Shown: in pieces, positions 1 to 12,879 of the stretch
Numbering within the stretch: the first letter of the stretch is position 1
Layout: each line of letters begins with the position of its first letter
From: Negaprion brevirostris
Lineage: Eukaryota
Direction of reading: 5' to 3'
Length of the DNA: 64,000 nucleotides
Assembly (NCBI GenBank): GCA_030324005.1
Contig: JARDVH010000163.1
Coordinates: 60,616,284-60,680,283, forward strand
The notes under the pieces: model-generated
What the model was told of the DNA's origin: nothing
The model's input: only the letters and a program-made list of their open reading frames with translations
Databases searched by the model: none
Position numbers and translations under genes: made by a program

Positions 1-118
1 GTGCTGTAGTTTTTCTATGTTCTGTATTCTATATATTTTTTTCAATTTTAGTTTGGGTCATGTTTTCTGCGAACTTGTTGGTGCTCACTTGTCTTGTTTT
101 TCCTCTTTATTTTTTCAG

Positions 119-254
119 AAGCTCTGTGCGTCTGACTATCCGTAAAATACAGTATGCTCCAGATCGGTCTGGGCCACAGCCGACTGCAAATATCAGCAAG
201 CATTTCCTGATGTCAAACCAGCCACTCCACCTGACTGCAACTCTGAATAAAGAG
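119..254 (+). CDS. SAG: Visual arrestin copy A, internal exon, 136 nt (SSVRLTIRKIQYAP...LHLTATLNKE); upstream exons outside window
   Basis: ttttcag acceptor and gtaagg donor. Peptide matches arrestin SVRLxIRKxQ...FxMSxxPLHL, with the polar-core Arg of IRK intact. 136 nt is the conserved exon size. Confidence 0.93.
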
Positions 255-1607
255 GTAAGGGAATACCTGACAGAAGACACTAAAAAAACAATGCTTTACT
301 CTTGAAAGATGAAGAAAATGTGTTTCAAAAGGAACATGGGAGAGGAGCAGGTCCTTCGCTATTCCTTTAAATCCATACCTCAATCTCATTTACCCGCCTT
401 TGTTCCATATCCCTTCACAGCAATTGCTAACAAAATCTTTCTCAATCTTGACAGCTGCAATTATCTTCATATTAACACAAGCTCCAGATCTCTGCTGTGT
501 GGAAAAAGTGTTTCTTTATTTCACTGGTGCGTGGTTCAGTGCTAATTTTAAGATTATGTCCCCTTTCTTTCATTCCCCCCATCAAACAAACCTCTGTCTT
601 CAAAATGCAAGGGAATGCATTCCATGTTTTTGTCACCCATCTTCATAATGTAAACCTTTAAGCCATGGTGTCATTCTGGTGAATCTGTATAGCACTTTTT
701 CAAACTTTGTATGGTGCAGTGCCTAGAACTGAATGCAGAACTGTGGACAGGATCTGACTACAGCTTTATACACTATCAAGCTCTCAATGATTTGTCTGTT
801 TGGACTCCCAAACTGCTCTTACTTTCATTTACTGGCCCTCCAAACTTCATAGCAAGTCAAAGTACAGAGTGACCATTTTGATCAGATGTAGAGTTTAATG
901 GGCATTAATTCTTTTGATGTTGTAGTAGAAAATAATGAACATGCTTCTCCATATCAGTGGTTTAAACAAAATCTCTCCAAACCATATTTCTGTATTCTCC
1001 CTCAATGTCAAGCCAAAGCTGAAACTCTCAGCTTTCTGCTTGAAAAACCTGACTGCCTTTACAGTCTTTATCAGCTCATTAGGAAAGCTACGCTGATAAA
1101 CTGGTACTGAAGACCATTTCAATGGATATGTCTGGCCCTGATATCGTACTTGGTAAATCCAACTTCCAACTAAGCTGCAGGGGATCTGAGATCTGTACTG
1201 CAGTGAGCTGATTTCAAGCAGGGCAATGGTTGGGACACTACAATTGGCCTTCGTGAAGTTTGTCTGTATAGCAGGCAAGAAACAATACTTTTTACTGTAT
1301 ACTAATACATTTGACAATAAATCAAATCAAATAGTGCCACTGGAGGGAAGAATTCAGCTTCTTTACCTGCTCCCAGTCACAATCCACTGATTCTTCCAGT
1401 TGTGACCATGAGCCTCAAGTGAGGACAGAATTGGGCTTGGTTGTGGTGTCCTGGCAGCTGGATATCCTCACCAGGCTCAGATAGGAGGATGAGATTTGGA
1501 TGAGCCACTGAAGCAGGGCAGCATCTGAGAAGCCTGGTTCCCTGAAAAAGGGAGAAAGTGAAACCTAAAGGACAACCCTTGAGCTAATGATTATATTCCT
1601 TCCTCAG

Positions 1608-1692
1608 GTATACTACCACGGGGACCCCATCACTGTCAGTGTTGAAGTAACAAATAATTCTAACAAGGATGTAAAGGGTGTCAGAGTATCAG
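1608..1692 (+). CDS. SAG: Arrestin copy A exon, 85 nt (VYYHGDPITVSVEVTNNSNKDVKGVRVS)
   Basis: cctcag/gtatgg boundaries; YYHGxPI...VTNN arrestin motif; phase fits both neighbours. Confidence 0.93.
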
Positions 1693-2184
1693 GTATGGTG
1701 GTGTCGTGGTTATGGGCTATCAAATCTAGGGTCATGAATTCAAATCCTATCACAGCAAGCTGTAAAATTAAATTTGATAAATCTGATCAAGTGACCACAA
1801 AATAGCCATAATAACATAACTGACTCCTGGATAAGAGAATTTGCCACTCTTATCTGGACGAGGCTACATGTAACTGTAGTCCCCCACACTGTAGGGTTGA
1901 TTGTTACCATCCTTAAGGCCTCTCAAGGCACTCAGTGATGCAGTGCATTGCAAAGTTTGAGAAGAAGGATCACCACCTTCTCAAAGCAATTACGAGTGGA
2001 CAGTATATTCAGCAATTTGCCCATGACCCAAGATCAAACATCTGGACAGCACTTCCTCTCTGGGATTACTAATCCCTTCCACTGACTTCAAAGATTCTTG
2101 TACAAAGTGAAACACTTCCCTGATTTTGAAATATGATTGAGCAAGCAATTATATTGTGTGTATAATTGCATCAGTACGTGTTTG

Positions 2185-2620
2185 AACAAAGAAAATTACA
2201 GCACAGGAACAGGGCTTTTGGCTCTCCAAGCCTGCACCGACCCCCTCTACCCTTCCAGGGACCATATCCCTCTATTCCCATCCTATTCATGTTTTTGTCA
2301 AGACACCCCTTAAAAGTCACTATCATATCTGCTTCCACTACCTCTTCCAGGAACAAGTTCCAGGCACCCACCACTCTCTGAGTAAAACACTTGCCTCTCC
2401 TTCAAATCTTGCTCCTCGCACCTTAAACCTATGCCCCCTAGCAATTGACTCTTTCACCCTGGGAAGAAGCTTCTGGCTATCCACTCTGTCCATGCCCCTC
2501 ATAATGTAGATTTCTATCAGGTCGCCCCTTAACCTCCATCGTTCCATTGAGAACAAATGGAGTTTCTCCAACCTCTCCTCATGACTAATGCCCTCCATAC
2601 CAGGCAACATTCTGGTAAAT
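2185..2620 (-). mobile_element. CR1 LINE 3' fragment
   Basis: RFTRMLPGMEG.S.EERL.KL.LFS.E..RLRGDLIE ORF2 C-terminus plus 3' UTR. Confidence 0.88.
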
Positions 2621-3060
2621 CTTTCAGAGCACTGCCCCTTCATCAGGTGAGTAGGAGTTCTAGTCACAAGTAGGACATGAGGACAGCCTGAAGCGGGATC
2701 TTGGATTCATGTCACACTATCTGTAACCCCCATGACTTGCTTGGGTTTGCAAAATCTCACTAACTGGCCTGGCTTGAGACAATTCACACCTCTTTAACCT
2801 GTGCTAACCCTCTCTCCACTCACATTGTCTGTACCTGTAAAGATTTGATTACCTGTTAAGACTTGCATTCCAACCATGATCTTGTAATTGAGTTTGTGCC
2901 TGTATATGCCCTGTTTCTGAACCCAATTATTCACTCACCTGATGAAGTTGCAGTGCTCCAAAAGCTCATGCTAACAAATAAACCTGTTGGACTTTAACCT
3001 GATGTTGTGAGATTTCTTACTGCGCCTAACCCAGTCCAACGCCGGCACCTCCACATCATG
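2621..3060 (+). mobile_element. Penelope-like element end with inverted 5' segment and hammerhead-like cores
   Basis: Shared tail AATAAACCTGTTGGACTTTAACCTG; 2621-2680 is an inverted copy of ~2905-2965. Confidence 0.7.
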
Positions 3061-3709
3061 GAGCTGGATTGCACCTCTTTCTTTTCTTAAAGAACACAAA
3101 GTCCTTTCTTGTGTTCTTCCACCCATAATAAAGTTGATGCAAATAGCTTACCTGCATGCCCAATCTTGACTTGGTTTTGTCTTGCATTAGGTGCTGACTG
3201 CATTCAGGATGACCTGATTAAGTGTTGATTGTCTGGCCCATTGTCCTGGTGTTGTGGGTAAGGTATGTAGATGGTTTGATGGGAGTGTCTGTTACCGGGT
3301 CTTTGTTGGAATGGAGGTGTTTACGGGGTTTGTGGACAAACCTCACACCGTACTGGAGCTGGCTCCTCTGTGGGGGATTCTGGAGAGACCATGCTTGAAC
3401 TCAGTCTCAGGCTATTGTTTAAACGTTAATGTCTCTTGGGGTGTGATTCACAGACAGGCTGCTGTTCCATGACTATTTGAAAAAAACAGGCTATTTTCCC
3501 ATTCTGTAGCTGTTCCAAAATGCAAACGCATAAACCATAACTCTGGGGGATTCTACAGTTCCCCATTTGGCACATTAATAAAATATAAAAGTGTCATTAT
3601 GTCAGATAANNNNNNNNNNNNNNNNNNNNNNNNNNNNNNNNNNNNNNNNNNNNNNNNNNNNNNNNNNNNNNNNNNNNNNNNNNNNNNNNNNNNNNNNNNN
3701 NNNNNNNNN

Positions 3710-3912
3710 TGTACCTTTAAGACTTGATTACCTGTAAAAACTCGCATTCCAACCATTATTTTGTAAATTGAGTTTGTGTCTTTATATGCCCTGTTTGTGA
3801 ATAGAACTTCCACTCACCTGACGAAGGGGCAGCGCTCCGAAAGCTAGTGGCTTTTCTACCAAATAAACCTGTTGGACTTTAATCTGGTGTTGTGAGACTT
3901 CTTACAGTGTTT
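3710..3912 (+). mobile_element. Penelope-like element 3' end
   Basis: Same family as 2825-3025 and 48072-48321. Confidence 0.72.
3810..3850 (+). ncRNA. Minimal hammerhead-ribozyme-like motif
   Basis: CUGACGA-A-[GGGGC/GCUCC stem]-GAAA-GCUA with flanking CCAC/GUGG pairing. Confidence 0.6.
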
Positions 3913-5632
3913 GGGTAAACAAAGCTAACTAATAAGTCTCTTGACTAAACAATGTTGGATGAGTTAGGCTCAGAGTAAATTGATTAAACTAGTGATTCTA
4001 TGAGTATGTTAAAAGGTGAGTCTCTGAGTAAACAATGCTAATTAATCTTTGAGTAAACAGTGTTAACTCGTGTCTCTTGTAAAGTTCCAACTAACAAGTG
4101 TCTGAATGAACATTGTAGGATTAGTGAAACAGCAGTAAATCGGGGAATTGAGTAAATAGTGCTAACTAACGAGCACTTGTAAAAGAGTGCCATTCTAATG
4201 TGTGTCTTGATGCATACCATCACGTGGCAACAGGAGAAGATGTTGACCGCAAACAACAGCTAGAAAGTACAAGCAGATGACAGTGCAGCAAGTCGCTGTT
4301 GATTCATCTTATTTTGGACACATCTTGTATATAAACATTATGGAAACTTGAGTAGAAACCTAACAGTTTCCAAGTGTAAACTAGCCTGTTCCAGACATAC
4401 AAAAACTCTCAATTCTTTCCTTACCTTCTTCTTTACATAGAATGGTGTAGCACTTACAGCAGAGAAAAGGGTCATTCAGCCCAATTAGTCCAAGCTGGCC
4501 CTTATGCTCCACAAGAGCCTGCTCCCACATTTTTATATTGAAACCCATCAACATCTCCCTCTTTTTTTCTTTCTTCTTCATATGTCCCCTTCAAACATCA
4601 ATGCTATTTGCTTCAACAACTCCATGTGGTAGTATGTTCCACCTTCAAACCACTCTTTAGGTAAAGAGGTTTCTCCTGAATTTCCTATTAGATTATTTAA
4701 TGACTTTATAGTCCCAATTTTCTATCACAATGAGTATATCTTCTCTATATCTACTTTAACAAATTTTTTCAGATTAAAGACTTCTACCAGGTCACTCCTC
4801 AGCTATCTGATTTGTAGATGGAAGACCAGGTCTCCTGCTTAACCTTTATCCGTCAATCGAGACATTAAAGAAACATTTATCTGGTCATTATCACATTGCT
4901 CTTTGTGAAAGCCTACTGGATACAGACTGGCTGTCTTGTTTCCTACATTGTAGCAGTGATTACAATTCAAAGGGTGGTTCATTGGCTGAAGAATGTTTTA
5001 GGTTGCTTCAAGATTGTGAAAGACACTGTATGAATTTAAGTATTCTTTTCTTGTTCTAGAAATTATTTATATCTTTTTCAATGCCTGTATATCTATTGTG
5101 TAAAACTAGCCACAGAGAGTGCTAAAAATACACACTAACAAAAGTTCTTTACAAAAGTTCCTCTCTTTCAATTTAGTTTGTTTGGAAATGAACCTTGGTA
5201 TTTTTGTAGATTTTTTTAGTGGCCTTATTAACCTGTATCTTTAGTTTTAGTTATTTATGTATCTGTACCCCCAGATCTCTCTGCTTTCCTTCCCCATTTA
5301 GACTCTTTCTATCAATGCAGTTTGTGGTTTCCTTATTCTCCCTACCAAAATGTACTGCCTCAAATGTACCTATTTGCTAATTATGTTCCCATTCTGCATA
5401 TTAGTGTGTATTACCCACATATAAACTATTCCTACCCATCCCCCTCCCCTCCCCCCAATTTCATATCCTCTACAAATTCTGAAACTTTTTGAAAGGCTCA
5501 ATTCTAACTCACTTGAAACCCATTTATTTACAGTGAGTTAAAATCAGGCCTTTTATCTCAGAATATGAAAGATTTTACCAGCTACAAATACTGTGTGTTT
5601 AGTGGGTCTGAATATCTTTTCTTTGTTCTCAG

Positions 5633-5705
5633 TTGTACAATCAACTAATGTGGTCCTGTACTCGAATGATACATATGCTGAGGAGATTGCTGTGGAGGAA
5701 TCAAA
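5633..5705 (+). CDS. SAG: Arrestin copy A exon, 73 nt (VQSTNVVLYSNDTYAEEIAVEES)
   Basis: ttctcag/gtaagt boundaries; NVVLYSxDxY is typical of visual arrestins; not in the ORF track. Confidence 0.92.
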
Positions 5706-6460
5706 GTAAGTAAAGCATTTTGGTAGCATGAAGAGAACCTCAGTGGGTGGTCAAGGATGATAAAAACCCTGAGGAATGACCTGAACTCAGTGGGACAGCC
5801 TCGACTATACAGAATAAAAGGAGCCATGCAAAATGACTGGGACATGGGACTTCTGGAGCCCTGTAGTATGGACTTGATCCTCCAGGAATATCTGGATGGT
5901 GAGGATGCAATAGACAGTCTGCAGCTCTTTGAGTTAACTATGAGTTGGCTGAAGTGCCATTGAATGACCATCGTAGCAGATGAAACAAAAATTCCACTCA
6001 ATCTAGTTCAAAAGTTGACTGGTCTCCTCTGATTCCTATGCTCCTTTTTGCTGCTGAATGGTTGTTGGGAGATTGGTGGAAATTGTGAAGCAACTGAGCA
6101 ATGATGCTATATCTCTGGGATTTCCCATGAAGTAACATCAGAAGATCAGGAAGAACCCAGCATGTGATCAGCTGGTAGCCAGGTTGGTCCAATCAGCCTA
6201 AGATCCATGTGCTAAGGAGGAGAAAATTATCTAAGGATCAAACGCTTGATCAACATTAAAGTCTGTTAGTAGAAAGGAGTTGTGTGCAGGAGTCATGTTC
6301 AGGCTTGACTACTATGCCCCCCACCCACCACTGTTAAAGAGCCCGCAGCTGAGAGTTGTTGCCTGTGGTCACAAATTAAAGTCCCATTTTATCCCTGTCA
6401 GCCCTGTATAACCTGGACAGTGAGCTCAATGAGATTGTGTTCCTTTGAGAGGATACAGTT

Positions 6461-6758
6461 TAAAGTTTATTTATTAGTGTTACAAGTAGGCTTACATTAA
6501 CACTGCAGTGAAGTTATTGTGAAAACCCTCTAGTTGCCACTCTCTGGCACCTGTTCGGATATACAAGGGAGAATTTAGCATGGCCAATGCACCAAACCAG
6601 TATGTCTTTCAGAGTGTGGGAGGAAACCGGAGCACCCGGAGGAAATCCACGCAAACATGGGGAGAACGTGCAAACTTTACACAGATACTGACCCAAGCTG
6701 GGAATCAAATCTGGGTTCCTGGCGCTGTGAGGCAGCAGTGCTTGCCACTGTGCCACCC
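6461..6758 (-). mobile_element. tRNA-derived V-SINE (HE1-like)
   Basis: tRNA-like head plus V-domain GGGTGCTCCGGTTTCCTCCCAC on the minus strand. Confidence 0.85.
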
Positions 6759-7090
6759 ATAGTGCATCCCATCTATAGGAACCACCAATCCCGAGATAAC
6801 ATTCCCTATCAGAAGAACATAGATAGTGTCATAGATTGTAGAGAGTAGAAAAGGGCCTTCAGCTCATTGAATCTGCATTGACAATAACTACCACAAAAGA
6901 TATCCCATTTTCCTGTACTTCCATGTCCTTGAATGTCATGATGTTTCAAGTGCTCATCCAAATATTTNNNNNNNNNNNNNNNNNNNNNNNNNNNNNNNNN
7001 NNNNNNNNNNNNNNNNNNNNNNNNNNNNNNNNNNNNNNNNNNNNNNNNNNNNNNNNNNNNNNNNNNNNNNNNNNNNNNNNNNNNNNNNNN

Positions 7091-7810
7091 NAAACTAACC
7101 CCCCTTGTTATTGACCCCCGGAACGAAGGAACAGCTGCTTCCTACTCATCCTGTTCATACCCTCATAATCTTATACACCTCAATCATGTCCCCCCCTCAA
7201 CCTCCGCTGCTTTAAAGAAAACAATCTAAGCTTATCCAATCTCTCTTTATAGCTCACGCTCCATCCCAGGCAACATCCTGGTGAACCTACCTTGTATCCC
7301 CTCTTGTGCTATCACATCCTTCCTATAGTGAGTTGACCAGAACTGCACACAATACTCTAGCTGTGGCCTAACCAATGCTCTGTACGATGCCGTCATTACC
7401 TCATTGTTCTTATACTCTTCTGCCATAACTGATAAAATGAAGTGTCCCATATGCCTCCTCAAGTACCCTATTCATGTGCTCTGCCAGCTCGGGGATCTGT
7501 GAATGTATACCCCAAGATCCATCTGTTCCTCTGAGCTTCCCAGTGTCTTGCCATTCATTAAATGCTCCCTCATCTTGTTTCTTCTTCCAAAATGCATTGC
7601 CTTGCACTTATCAGGGTTAAATACTATCTACCACTGCTCTGCCCATCTAACCAACCCATCTATATCTTCTTGTAACCTACGACAATCATCTTTCCTCTTA
7701 ATCACCCTACCATCTTGGTGTTGTCTGCAAACTTGCTTAACCTTACCCCGCATTTTGATCTATATCATTTATGTATATAACAATTAGGGTCCCAGTACTA
7801 ATCCTTGTTG
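7091..7810 (-). mobile_element. CR1 LINE ORF2 fragment, degenerate
   Basis: YRALVRPQLEYCVQFWS.HYRKDV...RFTRMLPGM. Confidence 0.88.
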
Positions 7811-8290
7811 TACATCAGGTTGTCACCATTTTCACTCAGTGTAGTGTAAGATGCCAGGCTTGACCACATTAGGATAACCACAAGTCTGGTTTTCAACCAG
7901 ATACTTTTTTTTGGTGATTCTTAGGTACTATAGGCAGTTTGAGATCTTTGAGGGCTGAAAAGAGAAAATCCTGCAGTAGAGGGAATTTCTAAACCCAATA
8001 TATTGCCAATTAACCAAAGTCTCATCCATCTGGATTTCAGACTGGATAGAAATGAGGGACACAATTCTCTTGCATCCTGTGGATACAACACAATTGTGTG
8101 AATACCTGTGACTTCAGTGTGTCCAACAGGCCTTTCAGGAGTATTTTCACGACTTAGCTCAGGGTGGTGAGGACCCGTCACACTTTGGCAGGTAGTATTC
8201 TGAAAGGTATGGCTGGATGTATTGTAGCATAAAGGATGTTTGGTTATAGTTGATTAGGTTTGCGTTTCTAAACATTTTCTTTTTATTCAG

Positions 8291-8428
8291 TGACCACGTT
8301 GCTTCAGGTTCCAAGTTCTCTAAGTCCTATGTGATCTTGCCTTCACTGACTAACAACCGCAGCAAGCATGGCATCGCTCTTGATGGCAGAATCAAACAGG
8401 AGGACAGCAACCTGGCTTCTTCCACCAT
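8291..8428 (+). CDS. SAG: Arrestin copy A exon, 138 nt (DHVASG...GIALDGRIKQEDSNLASST), lariat/gate loop
   Basis: attcag/gtaagg boundaries; ALDGxIKxEDxNLASST motif with both polar-core Asp residues. Confidence 0.94.
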
Positions 8429-10999
8429 GTAAGGGAATCAGGTTTGACTTGGGGAATAGTGACAAGAGTATGTGAGAATGGGAGAGGCAGTGCAGAGAAA
8501 GATGAAAGGAGGGTAGATTGACTGGGGATGGAAGGGAGATAAATGTGGGACAAGTGTGAAGGAAGGAGGTTGAGTTGCTCTGAGCCTATATAGATCAACT
8601 TCAGACTGCACTCTCTTGGCCTGGGTGGTAGCAGTCTGGGCTTGGTTGGCTGACAAGTAACAGCAGAGACATTGGCAGAACGGCAGGGGTGGGAGCATAC
8701 ATTCATATAATGGTTACTGCTGAGAATGAGGCCATTTGACCTGTTGAATAACAGGTTCTCTGGAAGATCAGCTCACCTCATCTCACTCCGTGCCTCTTCC
8801 TCATAGGCTTGCAAACATTTAACTTCAAATCTCTTTTGAAGACCTTCCTGGAATCTGCCTCTGGTACACATGGTACATTCCAGATCCTAACCGCTTGCTC
8901 AATAATAAAGTTTTTTCCTTGTGTTGCCATTGTTACTTACTCACCTTAAATAATTGTCCTCTGAATCCCAACCTTTCCACCAATGGAAACAGTTTTTCCA
9001 TAGTTTGTCTGTCCAGATGCCTCATGATTTTGAAAGCTGCTATAAATCTCCTCTTTATCTTCTGTTTCCCATAGAGAATAGCCCCAGCTTCCCCTATGTG
9101 TTCACATAACTGAAGCCTTCCTATAATGTGATGCCCACAATGATCCTGTTGAGCCAAACCAGGGAGTTATACAAATTTATCATAACTTCCTTGTTTTTAC
9201 ACTTCTTGCTCTTATTGCTAAAGTCCAGTATGAGGTATATTTTATTGTTTTCTCATCCTGATCTGCCACCTTCAATGATTATACTCAGGTCCTGCACCCC
9301 TTTAGAAATCTACCACAGTACCCTTTATTTTATTTTGCCTCTCCTCATTTTTCCCAACAATACGAATCATGCTTCACTTTTCTAAATTAAAATTCATTTG
9401 CTGCTTGTCCACCTATTCCACCAGCCTGTGTAAGTCCCCTTGAAGTTTATCACTGTCGCTCCACTATCACAGTTCAAAATACTTATAAGTGTCACCTACA
9501 AAATTTGAAATTGTCAAAGTCAGATTCAGTAATATAGATCAAGGAAGGTGGTGGTTTTAATTCTGAGGAACTTTGCTATATAATTTCCTCCAGTCCTAAA
9601 AACAGCAGTTCATCATACGTTGCCTGTTAACCAGCCAACTTTGGATCCATGCTGCCACTATCCCTTTTGCACCCTCTTGCTCTCATTTCTAATATTGTTG
9701 GTTTTGGCCTGGGGTATGTGATAATCGTGGTCAGGCATTTACCAATAAGGCTGGAGGTGATACTGTTAGCAAACTCTATATTTTATGTAACATTAAGCAA
9801 ACTACTTACGAAACAGTCTCNNNNNNNNNNNNNNNNNNNNNNNNNNNNNNNNNNNNNNNNNNNNNNNNNNNNNNNNNNNNNNNNNNNNNNNNNNNNNNNN
9901 NNNNNNNNNNNNNNNNNNNNAAACTCTATATTTTATTTAACATTACGCAAACTACTTACGAAACAGTCTCTGCACAACGACCAAGAACTATCTCTCTCCA
10001 TATTCTATTATCACATGATTTTGATCATGTAGACTATATTTATATATTCAACATTAACCCTTTGTACTACACAATTTTGCTGACTAGTTTGGTATGGAAC
10101 ATCCTCTCAAATGCCTTTGGAAGCTTACGTACACTACATAAACTGTGTGAAACTTATCAGTCCTTTCTGTTAATTCATCAAAAACCTCAAGCCAGTTAAC
10201 CATAATTTGTCCTTAAAAGTCTGTGCTGCCATTTCTTAAACAATCCAGATTTGTCCATATGACTGTTGATATTTTTTTCCCAAGTTAACATTCCAAAAAA
10301 CTCTTCTATTACTGATGTTAAACTAACGGGCCAATAGTTGCTGGACTTATTCTTACATATTTTTGACCAAATGTATCATTTGCAATTCATCCATCCTCTA
10401 GTACCATCATTGCTTTTTAAAAGGGTTGGAAGATTAAGGCTAGCATTTCCACAATTTCTATGCATGCTTCCCTCAATTGCCTCCTCTTTTCCAATTGTTA
10501 CTTTATATAGTGACTGACTAATTCTTTCTGCATAACCGGAGCAGCATCATCTTCTTTGGTAAAGAAAGTGCAAAGATTCCGATGTCTGCAGTATTTTGCT
10601 TTTATTCATTCATAACTCCACTTTTCGAACCCCAATCAACTCACTCCTCCTTTTACTATTGAGATGCCTATAGAAGACGTTTATATATCATTTTATGTTA
10701 ACTGCCAGCCTCTCCTAATATCCATTGCTTCTCTTATTTATTATTTCTCTCTGAATTTTCAACGTTCTACCTGGTTCTAGGTTGTGTTATTCAATTAACA
10801 TGTCATATGCATGCTTTTTGCTTTACCTAACTCCCTATTGCTATTGTCACCCAGGAAGCTCTGGATTTGTTTGTCCCACCTTTCCTCCTTGTGGGTATCA
10901 CCCTCCACAATATCCAAACTATCTAATTTTTCAAAGACAACCCATTGTTTCATTAGAGTTTTGCCGGCCAATCTTTGAAGCCAATTTACTTGAGTCAAG

Positions 11000-12128
11000 G
11001 AATACAAGTTGTGAGGAGGATACAAAGGGCTGGATTTTTACACCCCCGCCCCCATACAGCATGTAGCAGAGGCGGCCCTCCATTGGCTGCTGGTGGCGGG
11101 ATCTTCTGGTCCAACCGCTGTCAACAGGGCTGCCTGTTGTTCACATCTGCTGCTGGGGAACCTGTGGCAGAAAATTGCTGTCAGTGGGACCAGAGGATCT
11201 TAATGGTGGGAACAGCTTGAAAATCCTACCCAAAGAGTTTACAAAAGGATATTGATATATTAAATAAATGGGCAAAAAATTTGACAGATGGAGTATAATG
11301 TGGGAAAATGTGAGATTATTTACTTTGGTGAGAAGAATANNNNNNNNNNNNNNNNNNNNNNNNNNNNNNNNNNNNNNNNNNNNNNNNNNNNNNNNNNNNN
11401 NNNNNNNNNNNNNNNNNNNNNNNNNNNNNNNNNNNNNNNATGTGATATTATTTACTTTGGTGAGAAGAATAGAAAAGTAGATTATTATTTACCACAGAAT
11501 ACTGCATTACAGAGGAATCTGGGTATCTTTGTACATGAATCATAAAATGTTAGCATGCAGATATAGTAGGTTAGGAAGGTTAACGGAATGTTGGCTTTAA
11601 GCGCAGGGGGGTATAATATAACAGTAGAGAAGTCATGTACAACTGTATAGGGCATTGGTGAAACGATACCTAAAATACTATTGCAATTTGGATCTCCTTA
11701 CTTGAGGGATATACTTGCATTGGAAGTAGTTCATGTAGTAACTTGGGATGTGACTCATTGTGGCTCCAACAAGGATCTGATCGAACTAATGCACATGTCT
11801 ACTTTATTCTCCCTGGCTACAACCAAGGATCCTCCCCATCCCAGAATGTGTGCCCTTATCCCAGATTGGCTCAGTTTCCCATGTGGCCTCTCTGTGGGAT
11901 CTGACCCGATCGCGTAGCTCTCAAAGGATTGCCTGAAAGATGCCGTGTTGCCCACCCCACATCCCATTTGGCTGATTCCTTGGCTGAAAGGGTTGCCTTA
12001 TGAAGGAAGTTTGGGCAGGTTGGGCCTATACTCATTGGAGTTTAGAAGAATGAACGAATGATCTTGTCGAAACATATAAGGTTCTGAAAGGGCTTGATAG
12101 GGTCGATGCTGAGAGGTTGTTTCCCCAG
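11000..12128 (+). mobile_element. Degenerate CR1 fragment interrupted by a MITE (11027-11231) and a second insertion (~11733-11970)
   Basis: W.MEYNVGKCEIIYFG.KN and CR1 C-terminal motifs. The MITE has GGGCTGGATTTT/AAAATCCTACCC ends and an AAA duplication, as in Harbinger-type elements. Confidence 0.75.
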
Positions 12129-12801
12129 TGGTTAGCTGTTTTACTCTTGAGTCTTCCGCAGCATGATATTCAGAATGATTCAGCCCATGAGCAATCACAA
12201 ACCACCCCTTCTTTAAAAGGTACAGACTGGTTTTAAGTAGTGCCACACATTTGATACTGGGCTCTCTGGTCTGTGCAGCCAGTTAACAGTGCAGCAAATG
12301 ATTGCCGCTTCTGCAACCATGAAAATCTGCAAGCTGCATAGAGTTGATGGGAAACTTATATTGCAATCGATAGGCATAAGTTAATTGCACAAATCCCATT
12401 TGTATTGGCTCTGCAATACGTTTGAAATCACATCCCAGAGGTGAAAGGCCAGGATGATATGCACTGCATGATCCATTTCCCACTGCCACTGCATTTTCAC
12501 ATTTGTGTACAAACTACATGGGATGAAAAATCTGATTTGAGTTCTTACTGGGTGAATCAAGCATCATTCATAAAGTGTGCAACATTAATGTCCCAAGTCA
12601 TGAAGAAGTGACACAGAATTACAGCCTCTCTACTGGCACTGTAGTAACTTGCTGGCTTCAAGAGAGGCAGTGAAAGCAATGGGTTCAGTTCACCACTAAA
12701 GATGCTTTAGATCAAGAACAGAATCTGAGGAGTGACAAAGATTTGCTGAAGATATTTAAATTGCCTCAATACCAGAGTAACTCGCCTTTTTTCTGCTTCA
12801 G

Positions 12802-12879
12802 TTTAAAGGAAGGAGCTGATCGGGAAGTTCAGGGGATGTTGGTGTCCTATGTAGTGAAAGTCAGTTTGTCAATTCCTGG
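12802..12879 (+). CDS. SAG: Arrestin copy A exon, 78 nt (LKEGADREVQGMLVSYVVKVSLSIPG)
   Basis: cttcag/gtaagt boundaries; KEGxDR...GxLVSYxVKV motif; 78 nt is the SAG-type size. Confidence 0.92.

Noticed and set aside
9772-9970. Near-identical sequence on both sides of a 100-N gap (also 11310-11470)
   Set aside because: Typical unmerged contig overlap rather than a biological duplication.
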